Translations under genes and position numbers: made by a program
Part shown: positions 36,751 through 50,934 of the stretch, in pieces
Layout: each line of letters begins with the position of its first letter
Position numbering within the stretch: the first letter of the stretch is position 1
Assembly (NCBI RefSeq): GCF_009914755.1
Contig: NC_060946.1
DNA from: the human T2T-CHM13v2.0 reference genome, Homo sapiens
DNA length: 64,000 bases
Direction: 5' to 3' (one strand)
Notes under the pieces: model-generated
Databases searched by the model: none
What the model was told of the DNA's origin: nothing
What the model saw: only the letters and a program-made list of their open reading frames with translations

Positions 36751-37401
36751 AAGAACAATAAAATCCTCTCAATAGATACAGAAAAGACATTTGACCAAAT
36801 CCAACATCCATTCCTGATTCTGCTTTTTTAAACTCAGCAAACTAGAAATAGAAGATTACTTTCTCAACCTGAAAAGCGGCATCTAAGGAAAACCCACGGT
36901 TAATATCATAGTCAATGATGAAAAGCTAAATGCTTCCTCCTTCCTCCCCAAATCAAAAATGAGGCAAGTATGCCTATTCTTACCACTTGTACTTAACATT
37001 GTATTGGAGGTGCTTACCAGTGTGTTGGGGCACAAAAAATGAAATAAAGGCATCCAGGTCGGAAAGGATGTACTAAAACTCTCTTTATTCATAGGCAACA
37101 TGACTGTTTCTATAGAAAATCTAAACAAATCTACAAAAACCCACAAGAACTAATAAGTGAGTTTGGCAAGGTTTCAGGATACAAAATCTATATATAAAAA
37201 TTAATTGATTTCTATATACCAGCAATGAACCATCAGAAATTGCAATTTTAGAAAATAACCATTTAACATAGCATAACATGAACTATTTGGATATAAACAA
37301 GAACTGTTCACTGGAAACTATGGAACATTGGCAAGAGAAATTAAAGACCTAAATAAATAGGGTGATACAATGTGTTCATGGAGTGAGAGACTCGGCATTG
37401 T

Positions 37402-37610
37402 TGTGATGGTTACTATTACATGTCAACTTGACTGGGCCAAGGGATGCCCAGGTAGCTGGTAAAACATGATTTCTGGGTGTATCTGGGAGGGTGTTTCTGA
37501 AAGATATTAGAATTTAAATCAGTAGACAGAGTAAAGACATCCACCCTTATAAATGTGGGTGGGCAAAAATGCAGAGGAAGGATGAATTCTCTTATCTCTC
37601 TCTTTCTCTT

Positions 37611-37662
<52 letters not shown>

Positions 37663-37997
37663 TCTCTCTCCTTGAGTTGGAACATCCATCTTCTTCTACC
37701 CCTGGACACTAGAGCTCCTAGTTCTTGGGCCATCAGACACTGGAACAGACACCAGCATTCTTTTGCCCCTACCCAGTACTCAGGCCTTCAGACTAAATGA
37801 CAGCACCTGCACTCTTGCATCTCCAAGTTGCAGGCTGCACATCATGGGACTTCTTGGCCTTCATGATTACGTGAGCCAATCCCTACAATAAATCCTCTCT
37901 CATATCCATCTAACTAGATATATACAGATAGAGAGATATACTATCGGTTCTGTTTCTCTGGAAACAGAAGAATCCTGAGAAAACCCAAACTAATGTA
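37402..37997 (+). mobile_element. MLT2 (ERVL) solo LTR with internal (TC)n
   Basis: TGTGATGGTT...TGTCAACTTGACTGGGCCAAGGGATGCCCAG start; GGTTCTGTTTCTCTGG near end; TSD ATTG(T/C). Confidence 0.88.
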
Positions 37998-38703
37998 ATT
38001 GCTAGGATGTCAATTCTCCCCAAATTCATCTATAGATGTAACACAATCCCAATTAAAATCCCAGCAGGCTTTTCTGGTAGAATTTGACAAGCCGATTCTA
38101 AAATTTGAAAATGCAAACAACTCAGAATAACCAGAGCCGTTTTGAAAAAGAAGAACAAAGTTGGAGGATTTACACACTTGGTTTCAAGACTTCTTATAAA
38201 GCTACAGTAATCAAGACTGTGGAATTTGCATAAAGATGGACATAGAGATCAATAGAAGAGAAAACAGACTGTAGAAATAGACCTACACATATATAGTCAA
38301 TTGATTTTCAACAAATGTTTAAATAAACTTTTTTCAACAAAAAGTGCTGAAATGATTTCACAGCCGTATGTTTTTTAAAAATGAACCTTGAAACTTCACA
38401 TTATATACAAAAAGTCACTTGAAATGCATCCTAGACCTAAGTGTAAAAGCTAAAGACATAAAACTTTTTCAAGAAGATATAGAAGAAAATCTTTGTGACT
38501 TCAAGTTTGGCAAAATATCTTACAAAAACCACTAATTATTAAAAGAAAAATTGGATATATTGAACTGCATCAAACTTATAAGTGTTTGTCCTTTAAAACA
38601 CACTGTTCCAAAAATGAAAAGGAAAGTCACACACTAGAAGGAAATATATACAAAATATGCATCCGACAAAGGGCTTGTATCTAGAATTATGTAAAGAACT
38701 CTT

Positions 38704-40104
38704 GGTGGGCAAAACCCAAGCCCTGTCCTCTCTCCCTCCTCCCCGGACAGCTTGAGCTTCACCACTTGCTCCACATTCTCCACCAACTACCGATCCCTGG
38801 GCCCTGCCCAGGCGCCCAGCTACGGCACCGGCCGGTCAGCAGTGTGGCCAGCGTCTATGCAGGCACTGGGAACTCTGGTTCCAGGATCTCCGTGTCCTGC
38901 TCCACGAGCTTCCGGGGCAGCATGGAGTCAGGAGGCCTGGCCGCGGGGATGACTGGGGTCTGGCAGGAATGGGAGGCATCCAGAACGAGGAGACCATGCA
39001 AAGCCTGAACGACTGCTGGCCTCCTACCCGGACAGAGTGAGGCACCTGGAGACCAAGAACCGGAAGCTGGAGAGCAAAATCTGGGAGCACCTGGAGAAGA
39101 AGGGACCCCAGGTCAGAGACTGGAGCCATTACTTCAAGACCATCAGGAACCAGAGGGCTCAGAGCTTGGCAATTACTGTAGACAATGCCTGCATTGTTCT
39201 GCAGATCAACAACACCCATCTTGCTGCTGATGACTTTAGAGTCAAGTATGAGACAGAGCTGGCCATGTGCCAGTCTGTGGAGAGCAACATCCATGGACTC
39301 TGTAAGGTCAATGATGACACCAACGTCACTCGGCTGCAGCTGGAGACAGAGATCAAGGCTCTCAAGGAGGAGCTGCTCTTCATGAAGAAGAACCACGAAG
39401 AGGAAGTAAAAGGCCTACAAGCCCAGATTGCTAGCTCTGGGTTGACCATGGAGGTAGATCCCCAAATCTCAGCACCTCGCCAAGATCATGGCAGCCATCC
39501 GGGCCCAATATGACGAGCTGGCTTGGAAGAACGGAGAGGAGCTGGACAAGTACTTGTCTCAGCAGATTGAGGAGAGCACCACAGTGGTCACCACGCAGTC
39601 TGCCAAGGCTGGAGCTGCTGAGATGACGCTCACAGAGCTGAGATGTACAGTCCAGTCCTTGGAGATCAACCTGAACTCCATGAGAAATCTGAAAGCCAGT
39701 TTGGAGAACAGCGTGAGGGAGGTGAAGGCCTGCTACACCTTGCAGATGGAGCAGCTCAACGGGATCCTGCTGCACCTGGGGTCAGAGCTGGCACAGACCC
39801 AGGCAAAGGGACAGTGCCAGGCCCAGGAGTATGAGGCCCTGCTGAACATCAAGGTCAAGCTGGAGGCTGAGATCGCCACCTACTGCCACCTGCTGGAAGA
39901 TGGCAAGGACTTCAATCTTGGAGATGCCCTGGACAGCAGCAACTCCATGCAAACCATTCCAAAGACCACCACCCACCAGAGAGTGGATGGCAAAGTGGTG
40001 TCTGAGACCAACGACACCAAAGTTCTGAGACATTAAGGCAGCAGAAGCAGGGTACCCTTTAGAGAGCAGGAGGCCAATAAAAAGTTCAGAGGTTAAAAAA
40101 AATA
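38704..40104 (+). pseudogene. KRT18P: Processed keratin 18 pseudogene (locus number not determined)
   Basis: Intronless match to KRT18 from MSFTT to TNDTKVLRH*; start ATG>TTG at 38752; at least 4 frameshifts (~38830, ~38958, ~39015, ~39460); AATAAA 40076; A tail; TSD AAAGAACTCTT at 38693 and 40105. Confidence 0.97.
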
Positions 40105-40132
40105 AAAGAACTCTTACAACTCAATAATTTTA

Positions 40133-40439
<307 letters not shown>

Positions 40440-41319
40440 TTAAAAGTTCCCAAAAATGGGCCAAAGATTTAAACAAACACTTCACCAAAAAAGATACATA
40501 AATGGCAAATAAGTACATAAAAATCATCTTCAACACCATTAGTCATTGGGGGAGGGGAGTACACATTTTAGTCACAGCAAGATACCACTACATATCCACC
40601 AGAATGGCTAAAATTTAAAGACCCTAACAAGTGTTGACAAAGATACGGAGCAACTAGAATGCATACATTGTTGGTAAGAATGTGAAATGGTACAATTGCT
40701 TTAAAAATCAATATGGCAATTTCCCGTAAAGTTAAACAAAATTGCTGTGACCAAACAATTCTATGTCTAGTTATTTATTCAATTAAAAAAAAAAGCAAGC
40801 ACATGTCCACATAAAAACTTGTACAAGAATGTTCATAGCACTTTTATTTGTGATAGCCAAGAACTATTAAGAACTCAAATGTCCGTCAAGAGGAGAGTGG
40901 ATAAATATTCCATTCTAAACCATGGAAGATCATTTAACCACAGAAAGGAGCAAACCCCTGAGGCCTGCAATACATGGATGACTCTCAAAAACATTCTACT
41001 AGGTGACAAAGCCTGATACAGAAGAGTATGTGCTGTGTGATGTCATCTATATGAACTTCTAGAACAGACAGGGCTCCTCTATGCTGATAGAAATCGGAAC
41101 AGCACGGCCTGCAGGGGATGGGGAGGACAGGCGATGGAGACGGGGATCAGATGGGAGGGTGACCTGGTGAGAGATTTTCCAGCTGGCAGAAATGTCCTCT
41201 ACCTTGAGGGAGGCGTGTGACATGGAAGTAAGTTTGCCAAAATTCATCAAACTGTGCTAAGATCTGTGCACTTCACTGAATATAAACGTCATTTAAATGT
41301 CTACTTCATTTAAAAAACA

Positions 41320-42055
41320 AAGAAGCTGATTGGAAGTGCTGAGCCCTTGGGTAGCGTTTTCTGACTGCGGTCTCCACTGCAGGTGATCTGGCGGATTGCT
41401 TCCCCGGGGGGTCACTGGGGGTCAGAGTGTGAGGATTTCCACTAGGAAGGTCAGTGGAACTGACCCCAACCAAAATGATCCCCCAGCTCCCCCCTGCTGC
41501 ACGTGAGGCCTGGCTGCCGGTTTTCCGGGGGCTGCAAGGAGAAAGAGGCGGGGGTCTCCAATACTCAGTACATGCCCTGCTTTTGGAGTGGCATCCCCCA
41601 GTCCAGAGGCCTCTGCCAGACCCTTTCTTGATAATAAATCTTGGGTTTTCTGCCAGGCTCAGGGAGGGGCAATCTCCCAGTTGTGTAAGCAGTGGGAGTG
41701 GATAGCTGTCTCTGTCTCTGTCCCTCCCGTGAGAGGAAGACTAACTGCTGTTGTTTGAAACAATCCTCCTTCACTCCCCTCCAGAAATATCTGGCATCTC
41801 CATCCTCCCAGCCCATTGTTGCTTCTCATCTTTGCATGCTGCTGGCCGGCCATGTTTCAGCTTCTCAAGCTCACCTAGTGGGTTACGGCTCATCCACCAG
41901 GTTTCCAGTCTCCAAAATGTTGGTGCTTGGGCCTCCTCCCCTTTTCTCTTTCTGCTTGAGGGTAATGTCCGTAAAGTGATCTTTACCATCATTTTAGTGA
42001 GGGTTCAAGAAGAGGCAAATGTACATGTGTGCGTCTGTGCCACCATCTTTGTCAG
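41320..42055 (-). mobile_element. Ancient HAL1/L1ME-type 5' region
   Basis: AGAAGCTGATTGGAAG...CTCCACTGCAGGTGATCTGG...TCTGTGCCACCATCTTTGTCAGAAAGT resembles antisense 5' part of old L1/HAL1. Confidence 0.45.
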
Positions 42056-42069
42056 AAAGTCCAGTCTTT

Positions 42070-42245
42070 GCACCTTTTATCCTCATGGTTGCAATGTGGC
42101 TGCTCCTGCTCTGGGCATCAGATCCACATTCCAGGCAGGAAGAAGGGTGTGTGCCCCTGAGACCATCCCCTTTTATGGGAAATTAAACTGGCAGACTTCC
42201 TCTTATGTCCATGGCCACTCCTAGCTGCAAGGGAACCTGGTAACA
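42070..42245 (-). mobile_element. Old MLT1 (K/L-like) LTR fragment
   Basis: CCTCATGGTTGCAATGTGGCTGC...CACATTCCAGGCAGGAAGAAGG...CATGGCCACTCCTAGCTGCAAGGGA. Confidence 0.65.
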
Positions 42246-43824
42246 CCTATTTTTAAGGGGGCAAACTTTCACTCCAACAAAACAGGTTCTGTTTAAAGAG
42301 GAGAATGGATGGTTACACATCCTGCTTGGGATCCAATCACTGAACCAGAGGGGAACACCGTGCATGATGGGCTGGTAAGGCGTGGGGGTCAGTACAGCAT
42401 GACACAGAAGGTGAGCTGGCTCCTTGAGGGAAAAACAAAGTGCTGGCCCCAGAGGCAAGGAAGGGTTGCTGGCGGGCAGAGAGGACGCTGTCCGGAGCCC
42501 ACAGTAGATTCTCCTTGATCATTCACTCCCAGTTCCCTTCCTGCTCCTAGTTCAGTCCCTGACTCCTCTTCTCAGTGCTGTCACTGTCCCTGTCCTGGGA
42601 CCAGGGTAGGGGATGGGAGGAGAGGTCTGCACGTTGCTGAGCCTTGTGGAAAGGTGACCGTGGACCTCTGGGAGGATGATCTCATCACTTTCTGAAGGAG
42701 GCGTCGAGCTGAGATGCTAACAATAGCCAAGCACGATGCCGGCCTGATTGGAGAGGCTAAAAAAAGCAGCTCATTCCAAAGCCTCATCAGGGAAGAAAAG
42801 GGCCACGAAGGCAGGTTTGCAGGGCTTTAGGGAGGAGGGGGAGAGGGATGCAGAGGGATGAACTGAGTGGCCTGAGTCTCAGCACAGCTGTGGCCATGGG
42901 CTGCCTCCATGTCCAGGAACACCAGGTCTGCCATGCACCACCCACCTGCCCCCATGTTTGCACAGGGCACCGGGGAAGACCTTCAGCCCTACTGGGCTAC
43001 CCCTTGAGTACCCTCTCCTCCCACATTGGAAGGTCTTCTGCTTCCTGGAGCTTGGCCTGCCTCGGGAGGAGGAGAAAATGGTCCATGTCCCCAGAGAGCC
43101 CATGATGTGCCGGCCTAGGTGAGCACTCTTCGCACCTCATGCCATGGAACTTTTGCCACAGCCCTACCCACTTTACGGATGAGGAAATGGAGGCTCGGGA
43201 GATGAAGCTGGCAGACTTCCTCTGGAACTTCCTCTGGACATCTGGAGGGACGTCCTGTCAGCAGAGCAGGCTGGACTGGTGAGTTTCCTGCTGCTGGGAG
43301 TCCTGGCTAATGTGTTCAGCCCCCACTGACCTCTCTGTGCCCTTGATGTTTTTGAGCCTCATGGTCTGCCTCCCACCAACATCTTCTGTCTCCTCCCCCA
43401 TGCCCCAGTGGCAGCTGGTGTAGAGGGTGGCAAATGACAACCTCAAGGCCAGAGAGGACCATAACATGCCCACAGCCACACAGCCAGTAACAGGCAGAAC
43501 TAGGGCTGGAACCCACATCGCCTGCCTTCTGGCTTCTTCCTTACACCATAGCACAGCAGAGACAGCATCAGAGGCGAGGCTGGACAGGCCAGCTAAAGGA
43601 GGGTGCTCGGACCCTGCCCCATGGCCAGCAGCACCATGCCTAGCTTTCCGCCATAAGCCTAGAGAGAAATAAGGAGGCCCGAACTTATCTGCACTGAAAA
43701 GGCAAAGTTACAAATAAAGAACGGCTTCAAGCCCGATGATTGGAAACTTAGCTGCGTTGCCATCTGTCGCAAATGCCACCGCGTTCTTCGTAACCCCCGA
43801 TGACAATTTCCTCTTCATTTTCAG

Positions 43825-44011
43825 CTTCACAAAGAGGATGCAGCCCCACCTCCCAGCGGGAGTCAGTTCTGCTCTGAGACGTGAGGCTCAGAATCAGATG
43901 AAGACTCCTGCTGCTGCATCTTGAAGATAATGATGCTGTTGCTCCCGGCTGGAACCACAGCAGTGGCGATGAGTGAACAGCCAGCAGAGTGGAGCGGCCA
44001 CACTGATACAG
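43825..44011 (+). ncRNA. Candidate non-coding exon (187 nt)
   Basis: Acceptor TTTCCTCTTCATTTTCAG| and donor CAG|GTGAGG; no recognisable protein. Confidence 0.3.
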
Positions 44012-44195
44012 GTGAGGCTCCAGCACTGCCGCAGCCCAGGGCCAGGCAAAACCGCCTTCCTATCCCCCGGGAGCCTAGGCCTCCGAGATCGGCGCTGGGA
44101 GGTCGCACAGTGCAGGCAAATCACACGGACCTCAGAGCAGGGTCCCTGGCCGTGAAAACTCAAAAGACACAGTCTTTAAAATAAGGACAGAAAAC

Positions 44196-44625
44196 TGTAT
44201 TTAGTGCCACAATAAAGCTGTGTAACAAACTACCCAAAACTTGGAAGCTTCAAATAAGTGTTTATTTGACTCACAGTTCAGCAGTTTCAGCTGGGCTCTG
44301 TGGCGCGATTCTTCTGGTCTTGGCGGGGCTCACCCACGTGTCTGGTGGGCGGCTAGCTGCTGGCAATGAGCCTGAGTGCTCCTCACCCTCCCAGGCTGAG
44401 CTGGGTGTGTCCTCGTGGCAATGGCAGAGGTGCAGAAGAGCAAGCAGAGGGTACACAGCCCCCCGAGACTCAGCTCAAGGTGGGCCACAGCCACTTCCGC
44501 TTTGTCCTGTTGACCAACATGGATCACAGGGCCAAGCCCAGAGTGAGAGGTGGGCAGGCCAACCCAGCCCCGGTGAAACGGGCAGCTCCAAAGAAGGTGG
44601 GAGAGTGGGGCCATCAGTGTGACCT
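44196..44625 (-). mobile_element. MLT1 (G/H-like) LTR
   Basis: GCTGTGTAACAAACTACCCAAAACTT...GGGCTCACCCACGTGTCTG...ATCACAGGGCCAAGCCCAGAGT. Confidence 0.7.
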
Positions 44626-44839
44626 AGCACCAATGCCTGTCCCCAGGGCTATAATCTGGAGGATTAAGTGAATGAAGGGTCATGAAAACACCTTATGAAC
44701 AAGTGCAGAGGTCTCCCACATCCAGTCACCAGTGGAGGCTGCCTTGGTGAGTCCAGGTGCCATCTCTGCACCGCGTCCCAGCCTTCAGCCTCTGGCCCTC
44801 TGGGCCGGCCTTCTCAGAAGAGTCAGCTTGCTCATGCTG

Positions 44840-45617
<778 letters not shown>

Positions 45618-46026
45618 CCCTCCACCTTACCCTATCTGATCTTTGGAGCGCTGGGTGAGGGCAGCATCATGAGGTTGAGAAGCAGGAGAAGGCTTAAAGA
45701 TGGGCTGATTTATAGATGGGGAAACTGAGGCCCAGAGAAGGAGAGGAGCTTACCTAGGGATACAGAGAAAAGTTATTCATTCATTCATTCACTCAACAAA
45801 TTTTTATTACACACCTACTGTTTGCTGGGGAACATAGAAAATACAGAAACCCCTGCCCTTGTGAAGCCCACAGTCATCAAATAAGTCAAGAAAAAAGCAA
45901 ATATAAAATTGCAATTGAGACGTGCTACAAAGAGAATTACTCAGAGCTGGGAAAGCCTTCCTGGCAGAGATTGCCAAGAGCCTGCCCAGTGCCCCTCCTT
46001 CCCTCTCCTTAGAAACTGACTCTGCC

Positions 46027-46435
<409 letters not shown>

Positions 46436-46729
46436 TCATGTGGGATGGGATTGTTATGGTGATAGGGCAGGCTGCTGAGCCGGAAGGGGCTTGTGAAGGG
46501 AACTGCAAATCGGAAGAGGACGGAGCCCACGGTGGGAGCTGGGTTGAGACACCCATCCTGCCCTCCAGGTCCACAGTGCCCTCCCCAGCCCCTGGGACGT
46601 GTAGGGTGCCCCCGCCATAGCGCGACTGCCCATCCCCAGAACTGGGAGAGCCGAGAAGCCCTCTCCCCAAGACAGAGCCCTGCGGTCCCCAGCCACAGGC
46701 CCTAGGGAGTTCCAAAAGCCTCCCAGGCA

Positions 46730-46990
46730 ATTTACCAGAGCATGTAGCCAGCTAATAAGGTGACTGGATCCTTTGTTCAAAAGTTATCTTTAGACAAGAG
46801 CATTTATCAAGTTTAATTAACGTGTCACGGGCTGCAGTGTGAGCGATGGCTCTGAAAGCAGCCCTGATAATACTAATTTTTCTACATTAATGCCAACTCG
46901 GCACTGAGTCCCAAGCAGGAAATAGACCGTCAATGCTAACACCACCGAAAAAATAGAGATTTCCCTCCCTAAATCAAATTAAATGTGTTG
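46730..46990. promoter_or_regulatory. Candidate developmental enhancer
   Basis: Unique AT-rich patch: CCTTTGTT 46770, TTATCT 46784, TTAATTAA 46813, TGATAA 46865, CATTAATG 46885, TGCCAA 46891. Confidence 0.35.
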
Positions 46991-47279
46991 TGGATGCCTG
47001 AGTGGTGTGTGGGAGGCTAAGGTGGGGAGCCTGGGAGGCTCTGGCTGAGAAGCCAGGGTGCGTTGTAAGCTGCCCTGCATCCTGTGGGCTGGGCACCTCC
47101 CACCTAGGTCCCACCTGGAGTGGAATCTTTGAGGCAGGTTGGTGTCCTTTCCCCAATTTTACAGAAATAGATGCTGGGGTTCAGGGAGGCCCTGTGAGTC
47201 ATCCAGGCCACACGGTTTTATAGAGTCTGGCACCAAGATCTGTTCTTCCTCCATCTCACGAGACCCCCAGGCACATGTA

Positions 47280-48300
47280 ACTGCTCAGTCAGTAAACGCT
47301 CGCCCAGCACTTACTGTGAGCAGGCACGATTCTAGGTGCCCAGCACCCAGCAGCAGGCAGAGCAGACAAGAGCAACTTCTCCTGGAGCCAATGTGCTGCT
47401 GGGACACAGAGGAGGAGGAGGATGACAAGGAGAAGGGGGATGGGAGAAGGAAGAAGAGGAGGAGAAGAAGAAAGAAGGGAGGAGGAGGAAGAAGAGAGAA
47501 GCAGAGGAGGGAAAGGAGGAAGAGGAAGAGGGAAAGGAGGAAGAGGAAGAAGGGAAGGAGGAAGGGGAAAGAAGAGGAGGAGGGGGAGGAGAAAGAGGAG
47601 AAAGAAGGAGAGGAAGAGAGGGAGGAGAAAGGGAGAAAGAGGAGGAGGAGGGAGGAAGAGGAACAAGAAGGGAGGAGGAGAAAGAGGAAGAAGAGGAAGA
47701 AAAGAGGGAGGAGAGGGAAGAAGAGGAGGAGGAGAAAGAAGGGGAGGAAGAGAAGGAGGAGAAGGGGAGAAAGAGGAGGAGGAGGGAGGAAGAAGGAAGG
47801 AGGAAGAGGAGGAGGGGGAAAAAGAGGAGGAGGGAGGAGGAAGAGGAGGAAAGGGAGGAAGAGGAGGAGGAGGAAGAGGAGGAGGGAGGAGGAAGAGGAG
47901 GAGGGAGGAGGAAGAGGAAGGAGGAGGAGTAAGAGAAAGAAGGAGGAGAAAGAGAAGGAGGCGGAAGGAAGAGGAAGGAGGAGGAAGAGGAGGAGGCAGA
48001 GAAGAAAATTAAGTACTGCACCTGCACGTGTTGCCATGTGCTAAGAAGAGATTAGAACAGGATAACGGTCAGGAGAGATGTGAAGTGCTGAGAGGCCACG
48101 GGAGATGGGGTGGCCAGGGAAAGCCCTACAAGGAAGTGGCATTTGGGAAGATGCCCAAATTAGAAGGAGTGGGCACAAGAGTAACTGGATCAATGGCATC
48201 ACAGGCAGAGGGGACAGCAGGTGCCAAGGCCCTGAGGCAGAAGTGAGCTTGGTGCACTGGATGGACGCCAGGAAGCCACCGTGGCTGGAGCAGAGAGGAG
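47280..48300 (-). mobile_element. L2 split by purine tract
   Basis: AGCACTTACTGTGAGCAGGCACGATTCTAGGTGC upstream; GTGGCCAGGGAAAGCCC...CAGGCAGAGGGGACAGCAGGTGCCAAGGCCCTGAGGCAG downstream. Confidence 0.65.
47408..48008. repeat. ~600-bp polypurine (GAG/GAA/GGA) low-complexity tract
   Basis: Only about 8 pyrimidines on the + strand. Confidence 0.97.
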
Positions 48301-50934
48301 AGAGTCGGTCCCCAGCCCTGGGAAAGGGGAGGCTGTGATGGCACTGGCCTGTGCAGTCAGGGTCCTGTGTGGCCAGGTGTGTGGGAGGAACAGCTCCTCA
48401 CTGGCCTTGCAGGCATCTGAGGCTCAGCAGGATGCCTGCTTTGGATGAGCAGGGCCATTTTGCCAAGCCCTGAGCAGAAGCGTGTGGGCAGCCAGCTGGG
48501 ATGGAGACTGAGGGAGCTGTGGGGCAGCCAGGTGCCCGTGTGGCCCAGCTGTGGTCTGCTAGAAAGGAGTGCAAAGCTGGGGGGATCCTCTCTCACTGGG
48601 GGTGCAGTCTAGGCCCTAGAAACCCTGAGGCACCAGCCTGAAGACAGAAAATGGGCCAGAACCACTCAGTGAGGTTGTCCAGAACTGAGACCACTTTCCC
48701 TGCAGAGCATGTGGGGACCGAACAGGCGATCTCAGAGGGAGCCTGGTCCTCATAGAGGTGGGGAAAATGGACACCGGATCACACCATGGCACAGAGGGTG
48801 GAGCAGCCCAACCTAGCCTGGGATCCTGCTTCCATGGACCAGCCGTGTGACCCTGAGCAAGTCCCTTCCCACCTCTGTGCTTCCACGATCTCATCTACGG
48901 AAGGGCGAGGAAATCTCGGACTCTTGGATTTGTTGTAAGGAATTGACAACCTCAGACAGGGGAGGTGCCCAGCCCTGCACTTGTCCCAGAGCCCTTGGAA
49001 AGTGGAGGCCATTGTCATTAGCACACAGAACCCTTGGGGAGACCAGCAAATAACTAAACAGTAGCAGGCCCGTCCATTTCCTCTGCTGGGTCCTGGGAAT
49101 AACTCCAGGCCGGTTGAAGGTAAGATCCCAGAGGCATGCTACACAGGGGCAGACTTCAGCTCAGTAGGGACTGAGGGACCCCATGAGGGGCTTACTGCCT
49201 GTGTGGAGGTGAGCTCCCCGTCACAGGAGGATGCCAGCAGGGCAGGAGTGGGCTGCCTGCATTAGCTGAGTTCACGCAGAATGGCCTCTGCACTCCCTGA
49301 CTCAGGTCCCAGGACTGGAACGCCCTCTAGTCCTCCAGCCCCTGCCCATTAGCGTTAACTGTGGTCAGGGCCACCTCACCCCAAGGTCGCGGCACATTCA
49401 AACCCGGCCCTTCTGTCTGCCTCCCTGGTATGGCGTGGAGCTCCGGCCCCCACTCTCCCTGCACCTCCGTCGCTACCCATGTGTCTCATGTCCTGAGATG
49501 CTCTCCTTGTTCTGAAGAAGCCTTTCTCTCATGCTGGCCCCTGTCCCCATCCCTTCAAACCCTCAAAATCCCCAGTCGGGGCTACTATGCCATAGACCAA
49601 GGCTGAGCTTGGCAGAGGGAACTAGTGGCTGGCACGGCCTAGACCAGAAGGAGCTGGAACCGCAAGCCACGGCGCCCACCAGCCAGCATGCACCATTCCC
49701 CGTGGGGACTTTACAGCTGGGCTCCCCCCATTCCTGGCTCTTCTCCCCGCCCACTGCTGATGCGCAGTGCTCGGAGCATGAACTTGATTGGGGCCTGAAG
49801 TGCAAGTCTGAAGCTCCGCAGAAACCGCTGCGCCTGGCTCCCCACTCTCGCTGGCATCTACGCCTTCCCTTCCCAGCTTTGGGTAGTGACGCTGGGGCTC
49901 CACAGGAGTTACAAAATCTTCAGAGTCCCTGTGTATGGTGGGTTCGGGCACATGCCCCTCCCCCCCACTCAGTGCCCCTCCCTCCTGGGTCCCGGCTCCC
50001 AGCAGAGACCCCTCTGTAGGTCTCAGGTGTCACCTGCCCCTGCATGTACAGACAGGCTCCAGGAAGGCCAGGTCACAGCCTGCGGCACACCAGGAGCATT
50101 GAACAGGGAGCTGGGAGCAGGTGCTGTCCTAGCACCTCTACAGCTTTGCAGGCACTTTGGGCAAGTTGCTGTCCCCCTCTAGTCCTCAGTTTCTTCATCT
50201 GTAGAATGAGGAGTGAGAGGAAACACCCTGGGCCCTGGATTCTCCAGGTCTCAGCATTTCTAAGTAATTGTCCTGGGCCAGCTCTTCCTAAGCCCTGGGT
50301 CAAACCTTAGGGAGCAGAGGAGACATGAGCTGATGTTTTCATCCAGCCACCTGCTTGCAAGGGGCAGCAGAGAAGGCTTTGTTCTTCAGGTGTGGGGCCT
50401 GAATCAAGGAAGAAATGAAGAAGCGAATCCTTCCTCGAGGGCATAACTCCCCGCCCTGAAGCCTGGAGTCATCCCTAACACCCCCTGGGGCATCCAGCCT
50501 GGGGATTCCTGGGAGGTTTCCTGTGGCCTCCTGGGCTCTCTCTGTCCCTTCCTCATCTCCCTGATACTCAGCTGGTCTCCGTCCCTCTGGGAAATTGATA
50601 ACAAGAGCGCCTCCCCTTTCCTTTACCTGAAGGTACCGCCTAACGGCTTATGATGTCAACAGGGCTGTGCGATCCCCTGACAAATCCCTGCCCAATCTCA
50701 TTTGTAGTCTTCACCACAGTGCATGCTGGACAATTTTGGCTCGGAGGCAGGAGAAGATGCTCACACAATCATGTCCAGCTAAGACCCCATGACCTTGGGC
50801 CTGGGCACTGCAGAGCCCCTCATTGGACTCTAGTTGCTCCCTCCAATCTCTCCTCTGAACTACAGCCCCCAGCCACCTGGCATCCTCCAAGGGCACCTCA
50901 CTGCCCATGGGAAGCTCTCTCTCCCTACTTCACC

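Noticed and set aside
38752-40036. Functional KRT18 gene
   Set aside because: No introns, lost ATG, multiple frameshifts, A tail and TSD.
47139-48044. 301-aa R/K/E-rich ORF and overlapping 250/231/196-aa ORFs
   Set aside because: A purine-only tract cannot contain stop codons; open frames on both strands are a compositional artefact.
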